Source: an uncultured virus (IMG/VR IMGVR_UViG_3300032135_000002) (taxonomy: Duplodnaviria > Heunggongvirae > Uroviricota > Caudoviricetes). Taken from it: DNA of 64,000 nt. Position numbers and translations under genes: made by a program. How positions within the stretch are numbered: position 1 is the stretch's first letter; every line of letters starts with the position of its first letter. The stretch lies in IMG/VR virus record IMGVR_UViG_3300032135_000002. One strand, 5' to 3'. This document shows, piece after piece, positions 40,264 to 51,185 of the stretch. The notes under the pieces are model-generated. The model was not told the origin of the DNA and ran no database searches. It saw nothing but the letters and a program-made list of their open reading frames with translations.

Positions 40264-41664
40264 TTAAACCCTAAGAGCCCTCGCTGAGAGCAAATTTTTA
40301 CCAGCCCTTGAGCACGCTACGTAGTAGCATCGGTAAGCTACAAGGTCTTCTTGATTTTGGATTCCACCGTTCTCCCGTATGGACTCTATCTTAACGTTTA
40401 GGTCATCACCAATTTCAACGGTCTCAAATTCTAGTCCTTTGGAGGTGAATACTGTAGCGATAGTATAGTTTAAGTCTACAGGAGATTCTTTGGCTTTTTT
40501 GTAAAGATCGAACAAATTGATGTTTTTACGCTGAAAGCTTAGAAGCAACCTTATCGCACTTTGCACCTCAAAATCATCAACGTTTTCTAGCAGATACATC
40601 ATGTAACTCTGACCTTTCTCCCTTTTTTTGACGTAGTTTTTATACTCGTCTGCTAAAAATCCATATTTTTTCTGATAAGGAACTTTTCCAGCTGCAGCTG
40701 AGGCAACAGCCATAGGAGCGGCAAAGATTTCAGAGATCTTACGCAGTAGATGAAATCCTTTATTTTTATCAATCCTGTTTTGGATCTCACTGACAATAAG
40801 AGCGTTAGTCATTGTGCAGTAAAGAAATTTACCGTTAGCTACTGGGTCGTCTGTACCCACAAAATTGAAATCTTCAGATACGTCTTTACGCATGAAGTTT
40901 TGAATACTTTGAGCAATTATTTCACTACATCTCCATGAGTGGGTTAGATACAGAACAGGCTCATCAGCCAATTCTTCAAAACCGTTAACCAAGTTAAGGA
41001 AGTGGTAGATAGCCTGATTGGTTTCACCCAGACCAATTTTTTTGGCAGCTGGTATGAGTTTGAATATCTCAAGAGCAACAGCAGTAGTGTCATTGATTTC
41101 ATCAAGTATGACCAAATCATAATCACAATTAGCAGTGCCTTCTACCAGCATTAGGTGAAAGAACTTGAGCATAAAGTTAAACGTCGGTGGCAGTTCATCA
41201 TTCACCATTTTTTCAACGTATTTTATGCACAAATCGATTTTAGTATTACGAGCAGGATCTTCTTCTGGAATGTGATCTTCAAAGAACTGGTACATGTCTA
41301 CTGATCTAGAAACGTAAAACATGTCTATAGCAGTAATAATTTCAAACTTGAAAGGGTAGGAAATATTCTCTTCAATACACGTGTAAGTCAGGTCGCTAAT
41401 TTTCTGGGTAGGTTTAACGTGCTTGTAAGCAAGAGCGTGAAAGGTTTTACACTCCATGTTAGTGCCATGAAATCTACTGGTACCCTCTTCTACAATTGCT
41501 TTGTTAAAAGCGGTGTACAGTCCCTTACGAGGGTCCAGTAGATTGGCAATATGCTTTGCTATGAAAGTCTTACCAGTACCGGCACCTGCATGAACAAGCA
41601 GTATTCCGTCTTTAGCTTCAACATGATCAATGATATCGCCCTGTTCAGGGGTAAATTTTAGCAT
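40264..41664 (-). CDS. SF1 (UvrD/Rep-like) DNA helicase
   Basis: AGAGTGKT, TFHALA, ILDEIND, GETNQAIY, LTHSWR, SKGLEF, YVACSRA. Confidence 0.88.
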   Translation of the reverse strand: MLKFTPEQGDIIDHVEAKDGILLVHAGAGTGKTFIAKHIANLLDPRKGLYTAFNKAIVEEGTSRFHGTNMECKTFHALAYKHVKPTQKISDLTYTCIEENISYPFKFEIITAIDMFYVSRSVDMYQFFEDHIPEEDPARNTKIDLCIKYVEKMVNDELPPTFNFMLKFFHLMLVEGTANCDYDLVILDEINDTTAVALEIFKLIPAAKKIGLGETNQAIYHFLNLVNGFEELADEPVLYLTHSWRCSEIIAQSIQNFMRKDVSEDFNFVGTDDPVANGKFLYCTMTNALIVSEIQNRIDKNKGFHLLRKISEIFAAPMAVASAAAGKVPYQKKYGFLADEYKNYVKKREKGQSYMMYLLENVDDFEVQSAIRLLLSFQRKNINLFDLYKKAKESPVDLNYTIATVFTSKGLEFETVEIGDDLNVKIESIRENGGIQNQEDLVAYRCYYVACSRAGKNLLSARALRV

Positions 41665-42586
41665 TCAGGTTTCTACCTTCAGCCGGTAAAGTACTTCGAC
41701 TGCTTTATTTGTTTGGGGTTTGCTACGACATGAAATTCCAAATCTCCTGAGCGTGCACCAAGTACATACTCAACAGTTTGTGTCATAGGATTTATTCGTA
41801 GGCTTTCTACACACAAGTACAGGTCTTTTTTACCATTAAAATAGGTAACGTACTTCCCCTCTGAAAACTCGATCTTTTCAGTAGGTACTCCAACCTTGTT
41901 GTAGTTGCTGATGCTTATTTTAGTTCTTCGGCTCATCTGGTTTCTCCGATTTTGAGCTATTCCAAAATTCTTGAGCACTTTGAACAGTATCTCGGTAGTC
42001 AGAAAAAATACCACCACCTTCAGATTCATAATTGCAGTTAGTACAAATTACAAATGCAAAGTATTCAACAACGTCTTTAACATTGTAATTAACAGCAACT
42101 GCCAGGTATTTATCTGATAAGCAATCACTGCAGAATCTTAAAGAGATTGTAGGAACTGTACTGGATATTGAATGAACAATATTTTCATCATTTGCGTTCT
42201 TCACGCTTCTTCTCCTTAAACTCACGAGTTTTACGACGACGAAACATAACAAGTTTGTAGCACAAGTAAAATATGGCTATAGACATAAAAATATCAAAAA
42301 TCATAATTTTACTCCTTAAACCTATATCTAAATATTTCAATGTTTTTTTGGACATGCCTGCAATAATCAGAAGCACCTCTATCAAAAGCACTCCAATGAA
42401 CAACTGATGAAAGTTTATCTTCAACATATTTAAGAGCTTCATGGAAAAACATGTCTTTAAATATAGACTCAGCCCATTTAAGTCCTTCAAACCACTGTTT
42501 GTTTCGTTTCATGAAAACCTCTAATTGATAGCTGTCTCGGTAGATGTAAGGCATCAACCTTACACCCACCACTTTCCATAGAAACA

Positions 42587-42970
42587 TTAACTTTCCATTG
42601 CCACCATTCGACCGCTGTAGTGATACGCCTTCTCTGAGTTACGTAGCAAAGTATCTCCAGGTTTTCCATTACCAATACGCAACTGCCCCTTACGCCAAAG
42701 TGCTTTAAAAGCTTCACCTTCTTGGAACGTCATTTGGAACAGCTCAATTAAGTCTTCACATTCAGCCTTGTAAGGATCAAGACGCTTTGGATTATCCACT
42801 GTAGCTACCCAGTAAGTGTTATCACCACCGGATGACTGCTCTACAGGTGCAGCAAATGTTACAACATCTTTTTTTGCTGCTGGACGACCACGTTTTTTTG
42901 CGGGTGGACGACCACGACGAGGACGAGGAACAACTGTATCGGTTTTAGTGTTTGCTGTTTCTTTTTTCAA
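42587..42970 (-). CDS. AT-hook-containing phage protein (DUF3310-like C-domain)
   Basis: RRGRPPAKKRGRP followed by ECEDLIE...GEAFKALWR. Confidence 0.55.
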   Translation of the reverse strand: MKKETANTKTDTVVPRPRRGRPPAKKRGRPAAKKDVVTFAAPVEQSSGGDNTYWVATVDNPKRLDPYKAECEDLIELFQMTFQEGEAFKALWRKGQLRIGNGKPGDTLLRNSEKAYHYSGRMVAMES

Positions 42971-43211
42971 AATATTTCTCCGTTATGATTAAAGCATTTT
43001 TAAATGCTATGGTTTTACTTGTTGATAAAATCAACAACAATATTTAGAGCAGCTCGAAGTTTATGAACTGTTTCTAAATCTTCAGATTTGAAAACAATAC
43101 TGAATGAATTTCCACCCTGGCTAAAAAGTTTTACAGTAGAAATTCTTTGTTCACCGCAAGGTGTTACATTGTTAATAAGATCAACACTTACGGTATCTTC
43201 AATTGTTATAT

Positions 43212-43574
43212 TCATTGTTTGTTTCCTACGGAGAATGAATTCCAGTAAATCCTGTTCCATGTTAAAAGATCATGAAAATCTGGAGAGAAAACACCATCAA
43301 TATCTGAGTGTTTCATCATGAAGCATCCAGGATATTGAAACTTAATATTTTTCCATACAAGTAAACGGGAATACCCAGCACGGAATGAATTTGGAATTTT
43401 AAACTCACCGCTTCCACGAGTTGCGGTATTCCAACGAATACGTTCAGTAATCATGCTTATGCTTTTACGACATATACCAGCGGCATGAAGTTCCTCAGCA
43501 AACCGTAGATACTCTTGGTAGATGTGAGGGTTTTGATTGTGATACGTTAAAAAATCACTTTGAGCTTTTAACAT
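43212..43574 (-). CDS. Conserved phage hypothetical protein
   Basis: H..NPHIY..., ERIRW, FKIPN...YSR pattern familiar from phage proteins; GGAG RBS. Confidence 0.55.
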   Translation of the reverse strand: MLKAQSDFLTYHNQNPHIYQEYLRFAEELHAAGICRKSISMITERIRWNTATRGSGEFKIPNSFRAGYSRLLVWKNIKFQYPGCFMMKHSDIDGVFSPDFHDLLTWNRIYWNSFSVGNKQ

Positions 43575-43899
43575 AAATTAATCTCCATTTAAATTTGATG
43601 ACTCCCTGACAGCTAAGTAGGTATGAGCTACAAAGCTGTCAGGAAGGTCAGGTAGAATAGCGTACCAGGCTGGCAGCATTTAACGATTGCCCAAATCGGG
43701 AAAGCGATTCCTGCGGAGCTATAAGTTTTATGAAGTAAAAAACCTAGTCGTAGAAAAGACTGAGCGTATGGCTGCTTCAAGCCTCCTGTCTTTAACTCAG
43801 GCATAAGGACTCCCTATTCGCCTCTTTCTGGTTTCAGTTCCCAGGCAGCGAACTTCCTGTTTTCTTTATCAGGCTTCTTTAAAGAAACCAAAAAACTTT

Positions 43900-44475
43900 T
43901 TACTTCCAATCTTTATTATCGATTTGAGCAGCAACTTGATCAATTGTGATCTGCTTTACTGGTTTGTTGGGTATCCAATCATTAGGAACATTGTTTCCAT
44001 TGATAGGGTCAACAGGTTTGCCATGCAGTTTACGATGGGCCAAATAATACCAGCGTGCACCAGTTCCAATACGAAGCATACGATCCAGCCACTCAAGGTT
44101 TAGCTCGTGCAAAGGACAATGCCCGATCATGACAGCACGGTGCCCTCTAACCAATGACTGAGACACTCTGACAGCAACGTACACGTTTTCTCTACGGTGG
44201 TAGATACTTATGCGAAGACCGATGACACCGGTATCCAACGCTTTACGAGGACCGTGAAACCCTGGCTCTCTAAAAGTGTGCTTGGGTCTACGTTCCTGTA
44301 AATTGATCCAGGCTTCCCGCAGACTCCGGGTGTATTGCTGCTTGTTGTTGACAGTGACCCGCCACGAGCCGTTGACGTGAGAGATTCCCCAAGGGAGATA
44401 CAATACACAGCCGTTAACAACAGTTTTACGACGAAAATGATTAGGTTCAGTGAAGTCTGGGGTCATTTCACTCAT
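43900..44475 (-). CDS. Hypothetical protein
   Basis: Long ORF; probable start MSEMTP overlaps the HNH stop. Confidence 0.5.
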   Translation of the reverse strand: MSEMTPDFTEPNHFRRKTVVNGCVLYLPWGISHVNGSWRVTVNNKQQYTRSLREAWINLQERRPKHTFREPGFHGPRKALDTGVIGLRISIYHRRENVYVAVRVSQSLVRGHRAVMIGHCPLHELNLEWLDRMLRIGTGARWYYLAHRKLHGKPVDPINGNNVPNDWIPNKPVKQITIDQVAAQIDNKDWK

Positions 44476-44749
44476 GGTGGTATTGCCACAGTACAGCGTT
44501 GCATTTAGCGTGTACAGCACCGATGGTCAGTCCAGTTTCATGACTGTGGTGAAGATGCACAGGGTTGTTAAAGAAACCTCTTGGAAACAGGTTATGGTTT
44601 ATTTTCTTATTAGCAATTTTAGGGCTTGCTCCACCTTTGAGAGTAAATCCACAGTGACAGCATTTTTCTTTCTGTTCTTCTGCGTACTGCAATCGTGCTT
44701 TTTTACGAATTGAGTGATGTGCTTTGGCGTATTCGATTGGAAGTTGCAT
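44468..44749 (-). CDS. Endonuclease VII/HNH-like protein
   Basis: CCHC...VHLHHSHETGLTIGAVHAKCN. Confidence 0.75.
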   Translation of the reverse strand: MQLPIEYAKAHHSIRKKARLQYAEEQKEKCCHCGFTLKGGASPKIANKKINHNLFPRGFFNNPVHLHHSHETGLTIGAVHAKCNAVLWQYHHE

Positions 44750-44902
44750 AAGCTAACTCTCAGTCAGGAAGTTTTTTTTTGTTAAAGCCAATGGCTCCAC
44801 ACACGTAACCCATGAAGGCATAGGCTACGAGGTCTGTTAAACCTTGCGATTCCATCAACATACCCAGGGTCATGAACAGCACAAAGGAAATGAAGATCAT
44901 GA

Positions 44903-47900
44903 TTATTCACCTTTTACTTTTGCAATAAGAAACTTTGTTTCAAGGTAAGCTTTGCTTCCCATATAATTTTGATCTTCTTCAATGAGGTAGCTATGAAGCT
45001 CAACTACTTTTGTATAAAGATCTGGAGCGGCTGCGATTAAGTTGGAAACAAAGCTGTTCCCCTCCACGTATAGCGCAGCTAGCATGATATTTCCGGAACA
45101 CACCTCATACTCCAAAACACCGTGATCCGTGTTTATAACTTCAAAGGGGCTTTTACGAACAGACCACGGCCCTCCGCACCAACTTGTGTCACTCATTCAA
45201 TATCCTCACGAATGGGTTCAGGGAAGTCTGCGTACCAGATACCTACAGCGTTTCCATTCAGGTCATAGATATTTCCTGATTCTTCACCGGTATCAATTTT
45301 AGCGGCTACTAGCCGTAGGATTCTAGCTGTCTCCATTGAAGGTGACCCAGCAAATGCCGCATTGTCCATGTTCATTATATTCAGTTCAAAAGACATGCTC
45401 GTTGCTCCTTATAAAGTATTAAACAGTTCGTGTAATTCTTACACCGTCTGGTTCTTGTTTTGCTGTGAACTTCTTACCTACTTTTGCACCATATTTTGCT
45501 GCAGCTGCTCGAATCCTGCTTGATACAGTAGATTTAACACCTGGATCAAACATCGATTGGCCAATAGCCATACCAGAGAAGTCATACTTTCTAGGGTTTT
45601 CTTGAACACTGATTTTTTTCATCAGAACCGTACCTGAAAACTCAAGCATCATTATTACTCCCTGTCGGCATCATCTGTGGCTTGTCGAAAATCTTTAATT
45701 TCTTGCTTATCAGCTGCTGTGCGAAAATCCTTAACCTGTCCCTTACAGTGCTGAACAGCCATTTTAATTCCAGCTATTTCACCTTCAGAAAGATCAAAAG
45801 AAGAACGAAGCAAATGAATGTCGCGCATACATTGTTCCATAACGTCAGCCTTCTTCTGCATAAGCCATGCAGACGACGAGTTGTTAGCCAAGGCGCTACC
45901 CATACGGCACAGTGAACCGTAGTTTTCTTCTGTGTTAGCGTCCGCTTGGATAATGTCAGTGGCGTCTTGCAAGGCCGTCACAAGCTCAGCCACTCGCGCC
46001 CGAAGCCTTTCAATTTCTGCTTTTGCATCCACAAAAACAGAATAGGGATTGTCTTCAATTTGTGGGAAGTAGTCTGCTGCATGTTGCAATCTGTCGGTAA
46101 TTTTGTCGGTAATATCGATCATCATTCCTGCTCCTGCTTTACCCATAGATCACGGACTTTGTAACCAGCATCAATAGTGTTGATTTTATGGTCTTTAGCC
46201 CATCCTCCGGTGTGCCATTCACCATCTTGGTAAAATTGCCACACTCCTGAAGGAACCATGTTTTTAGATTCAAGTTCAGCTACTTGTGCTTTTAAAGAAT
46301 CACGCTCGTGACGATACAGACTGGAAATTTGAGCTTCTAATTCCATTAATCGATTAAGCCTTTTAATTTCTTTTTCAAGAGGCTCAATGTCGCACTCAGC
46401 GCACGGGAGAACATTGCCGTGTTCACATAGCATTACTTTTACCCCCCCCCCTTTTTTTTTTCAAAAGTCTAACAATTGCATCCAAAGTGTCAGAAACCAC
46501 AACCGTACTTTTCAATTTCACTAAACCCTGCAATCCACGTACACGCTGAACCTCTGAAAAAACCTTGTGTCCATCATATAAAATTTCTGGAATTTGTGAT
46601 TCGGCTGCAGCTAGTCTCGATGTTAAACTCTGCTTTTCCAACAAATCATCTGAACACTTAACTCCTGCCCAGTTACGTAAAAAGTTAAGTTCTTCTTGAA
46701 GCTTATCAATATGAATGTCACGATGCGCCAACTCGGCGGCAATGTCTGATTTTGAGCGCAAGTCCTCTTCTGTCATTGCGTGAACATGTTCTGAGTAAAA
46801 GTTTCCCTGCTCAATAATGTCGCGTTCTGCGTATAGCTTTTTCATGATTCTTGCTCCTACTGTAACAATTTCTCTATGCGGTTTTGGTACTCGGTTTGGC
46901 AAGCTTTTTTGGCTTCTTCAACGTTAGAGTAAGCATTTAAAAATCCACCCCAGGGTGTATCATCTACTGTTGGACAGGAATCTTCTTTCCAACCCTTCCA
47001 GGTAATCTGAAATTGACCAAACGGAGTTTCTCCAATAACATGGTCATACTGGATTTCATCATTTGACTGCTTGTGATTTGACCATTTGATATGAGCTACC
47101 GGCACCACGGCGCTGGCCTTAAGTTCAGCCACTCGCGCCTGGAGCCTGTCAATTTCTTCATACGGATCGCAGAATTTTCCCGACACAACATCCTGGATTG
47201 TTTTCCACGTGTGCTCATAATTTAGCCAGTCTTTCTCTACCACCACACAGTCCGTGCACGCTACTTGATAGGTTGACAGTAGATCGCAAAGCGCTGTGTC
47301 CTGGTCTTCGGTCAGGTTCTTCTGCTTTATTACGTAGTACCTTGCCTCTCTTTTAAAGTCACTCATCGCCAATTACCTCCTGCTTTGGTGGGGCTGGCAT
47401 GTGGGTCCAAAGTAGCGGTACCATCTTCCCCGTTTGGTAACTATCAGCGCCCTCTAGCCATGCCGAATTTAACCAAACATCGCCATAGCCGGTAGTGAAG
47501 CACTCACGTACGCCTGCGTGGTTGCTACTGTCAATCCATTCCGGGTGGTAGCCTACAACGGGTTGATAGTGCGCCGGCGGGTTGCTGTGTGGGTTAAACC
47601 ACTCCGGCACCACAGCGCTTGGTTGTTGTGACTTAGGAGTACAAGCTACTGCAACGGCAAGCTCATGCCTTATTCTTTGACGATCTGACCACATACACCA
47701 TTCTGCTAAATACAGATCTTGATCCGGTTCAGGGGATAAGTCTGGAACAATTCGATTAATAAGATCAATCCATTGTTCTGTAACTTCAGAACTGACATCT
47801 GGTATCTGAGCTTCTTGCCAATCACATGCTTCCTGCCAAATATTCCAAGCGTCCTGCGTTACTGGGTATAAATACTCCCCGTCCTCTGATTCTGGGCATC

Positions 47901-49081
47901 TCATTGTCAAGTTAAGCCCTAAGAGTGCTGCTGCATCTTCAAACGCTTCTCTGTTTTCAGTCACTGTTGTTTTCCTTTTCCAAACGTTCAAAAAGTACAT
48001 CAGCCCAATTAATAGCAATTTCGGAAACTAAGTCACTTCCTGCTGTTATGTCTGGGTCTGCAGCCATTCCTGCCATTATTTTTATAATTGCAAATTCACG
48101 TTTTGAAAGTCCTTCATAGCCATTTCCACGTTCGCATCGATCTATTTGTTCTTCTGTCAACGGAAATGCTGGAGCATCTGAATTACGCATTTTATTTAGT
48201 CCCTAACTCAGTTTTTAAGAACTCGATAAGTTCTTTCACAGATGCTCTTTCAATGATGACAGCACCAGTTGCTATGTCTGGGTCATGATGGTCTGCTGTG
48301 ATATTAAGATCACCAAATTCACTGAAGGATGCGTAAGCACCATCACCCAGGTAGATTGATTTATTGCTCATCAGGGCATTCCCCCTTGTAAGGTGGCCAG
48401 CCATACTCACCTTTTGTGTCGTGGTAGATCTGCACCATCTCGCAGTACAGGCTTGGTTCTGGTTCTGGTTCTGGGATAAAAGCGACTATTAAAATTAGTA
48501 TTCCGACAGCAAAGAGAGGCATGAGATTCCCTATTCTTCATTCTCAAAATTTATGTAGCTCCAACCACGTTCAACCATAACGTCTTCCAGTGCATCTGTG
48601 TCTGCTTCACCGACTTCACCAGGAGTGAATATGGCTATGGCATAACCCAGGTCACGCAGTTTTCTAATGGCTTCATCTTGTACTCGGGTCATAGTTAATT
48701 CCTTATACAACGTTAGTAGATTTGAGTGGGGTGATCCACCAATCACAACCTGTATTATTTAGGTACTTATCTGCCCAATCATTAGCAACTTCTGCATCAT
48801 TAAATGGACCATATAACATGACACCATCAATAGGGTTTCCTGCAACTACAATAAACATAATTTGTTCCTTATAAGTAGCTGGCAACAGTAGCTGCCATAC
48901 GAATGCCTTCGGGTGTAATGGGAGCCATGTACGCAAGTGAGTCTTTGGGATACAGAGTCACAAAATGACTGCGTGTATCAAAGCCACGTTCTTGCATAGC
49001 GTTTACCCAGTCCTGTGGCAGTGCTGAGTCAAACGTGACACCAGGGTAAGTCTGTTCTGCGAGTTCATAAACGGTGGGCAT
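44903..49081 (-). other. Cluster of small overlapping hypothetical genes (about 60-220 aa)
   Basis: Tightly packed - strand ORFs with RBSs; no confident functions. Confidence 0.6.
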
Positions 49082-49390
49082 ATTAATCTCCTAACTGGGC
49101 TTCCAGTTCTTTGATTTTTTTGTTCAGAACTGTGTTTTTTTCCCACGCTTCTAATAGTTTGCTTTCTGCTTTATTCAGTTCATGTGTTTGAGCACGTATT
49201 CCACGAACTGCATTTCTCAGTTCTGCATCAGACCCCGACAGTTAAACGATGCTGTAGCCCCATAAACAGGTAATTTGTTGTTCAGCACATTTGAGAGTGG
49301 TCGGCCCCAGGTAAGTTTGGGAACTCTCTACACAGAAATTTAGGGGAGTGTAGTCCCACTATATCCAACCACTCTCAGATGCGTTGAACG

Positions 49391-49428
49391 AAAAAAGCCC
49401 CTAAGAATTATCCAAGGGGCTTTTATTT
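49391..49428. terminator. Bidirectional intrinsic terminator
   Basis: AAAAAAGCCCCT-loop-AGGGGCTTTT, the same stem as at 39805. Confidence 0.75.
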
Positions 49429-49909
49429 CTTAATCATTCTCTATTTTTTATGAGCCAGTGCTTTACCAGACAAGCCCCAGAAGCTTGCGGTTTACAGTTC
49501 CGGCGAACCCTTTTTTCTGTTCAGTGAACAGGCTCTCTATAATCCAAGGCACTGGCATAGCTTGGATATACCGGAGAATCAGCATCAATAGATACACAAC
49601 TTCTCCTTATTGCTGGTTTACTTTACCACTATAAAAACAAATAAGTATACAAAAGTTTTTAAGCAGCTAAGTTGTAATTCTCAGGTTTGGTAGGTGGTTT
49701 TGGTGGTGTCTGTTGAGGGAACTTGTCATAAAATGCTTTGTATTCTTCGGCAACTTTAATGGCCCTAGCTTCTGTGTGACACTTACGAATGCTTCCGTAA
49801 GGTCCAGACACTTCCCACCGATTGGTTGGAACCAAGTCTGCCCACCGATGACCGCTTATACGACTAAACCGTGGCACAGCTTTAGTTACTTGTTGCACAA
49901 ATACTTTTC

Positions 49910-50374
49910 TCATGACCTTTTTACCATCTGACCTTTAGGCATTTCTGATGGTAGAAGAGTAGGAACTCCAATACTGTTTAGAAAGGCAACACCGGTCATA
50001 TCATCGTGTTTTTCTTTGTACAGAATAAGCTTCAAACCTAAGCCATGAAGCGCTTTGGCACATTCAAAACAAGGTGCACGAGAGACAAACAGAATAGATC
50101 CTTCTGTGGGTACACCCTGGCGTGTCATCTTATCTATGGCGTTACGCTCAGCGTGCAATGTAGTGGGTAAAGTTTTACCAGCTAGATCTTCACAAACATT
50201 AGGCAAACCTGGAGGTGACCCGTTCCAGCCTACCGATAACATACCTGTAGGCGTGACAATTAGAGCACCTACTTGGTGCCTATTACAGTACGACTGTGAA
50301 GCAGCCGAATGTACAATTTCCCAGTACAGTGGGTAGAACTTGTCTGAATGGGGATTTAGTTGATGTGCTCCCAT
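49910..50374 (-). CDS. dCMP deaminase
   Basis: VGALIV, GWNG, HAERNAI, PCFEC. Confidence 0.9.
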   Translation of the reverse strand: MGAHQLNPHSDKFYPLYWEIVHSAASQSYCNRHQVGALIVTPTGMLSVGWNGSPPGLPNVCEDLAGKTLPTTLHAERNAIDKMTRQGVPTEGSILFVSRAPCFECAKALHGLGLKLILYKEKHDDMTGVAFLNSIGVPTLLPSEMPKGQMVKRS

Positions 50375-50958
50375 TGAAATCCTCCTGTTTTATGTTTTCT
50401 GCCATTACATACATTACTAATGGCACTGCGTCTTAGTCCGTTCTGTCGTGCAGCTTCACTAACGTTGAAATATTCAGCTACTACTTGTCCGTCTAGTGTT
50501 AGTTGCCTACACCGACGGGTTCTTGGTGTAGGTTTACCATGAAAAACCTCAAACGAGTTTCGTTCATGGTTTTCTTGCCAGGTCACTAGTCTGATGTTAG
50601 ATAATGAGTATCCAAGATTCTCATTAAGTCTATCCACACTAGGTCGTTTCTCTAGTGAATAATGTGATAGTGCCCAAGCATTCATAAGACTTACTAAATT
50701 GTTGGACTCAGCCCATAGAAGTAATTCACCAGTAGTGTATGTAGGTAAACTATGGCCACGGCGTTTGCTGTTATTGATCTGGTTCGTGTACACAGCAGAA
50801 GCCCAACCTTTTGGTGTGGTGAACCATTGCTTACGGTAGAGGCTTGTACAGGATTTGCATTTTGAAGCGCATCCCTGTGTTTTCCTTTTATCATGTGGAA
50901 ACTCATCTACGGGTTTAGAAGTACTACACGTATTGCAGGTTTTATATGAGTTCATCAT
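50356..50958 (-). CDS. HNH-type homing endonuclease with a NUMOD1 HTH
   Basis: CxxC pairs, PSVDRLN..GYSLSNIRLVTWQEN, C-terminal YFNVSEAAR...ISNVCNG; GGAGG RBS before 50958. Confidence 0.8.
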   Translation of the reverse strand: MMNSYKTCNTCSTSKPVDEFPHDKRKTQGCASKCKSCTSLYRKQWFTTPKGWASAVYTNQINNSKRRGHSLPTYTTGELLLWAESNNLVSLMNAWALSHYSLEKRPSVDRLNENLGYSLSNIRLVTWQENHERNSFEVFHGKPTPRTRRCRQLTLDGQVVAEYFNVSEAARQNGLRRSAISNVCNGRKHKTGGFQWEHIN

Positions 50959-51185
50959 GTTACCTCCGTAAACCAGTATGTTTTGATACCACGGCACCAA
51001 GCCAGGGTATAGAACACAGCCAATACAAAAATGCCCCACTGCTCAGCGGAATAGGTTGCGTAGAACCAGAAAGGCTGACTACACAATCCAAGTATAGGAG
51101 CAAACTTTCGTTGTTTAACGTTAGTGGATTGTGAGAACCAAATGGCGGTTAGGCCAAACACTGCAATAGCTGCTTGAGTGATCAT
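50955..51185 (-). CDS. Small membrane protein
   Basis: Three hydrophobic segments, GLCSQPFW. Confidence 0.55.
   Translation of the reverse strand: MITQAAIAVFGLTAIWFSQSTNVKQRKFAPILGLCSQPFWFYATYSAEQWGIFVLAVFYTLAWCRGIKTYWFTEVT

Noticed and set aside
43710..43722. N4-type hairpin promoter (GCGGAGC)
   Set aside because: Only a 2-bp stem, and far from the early region.
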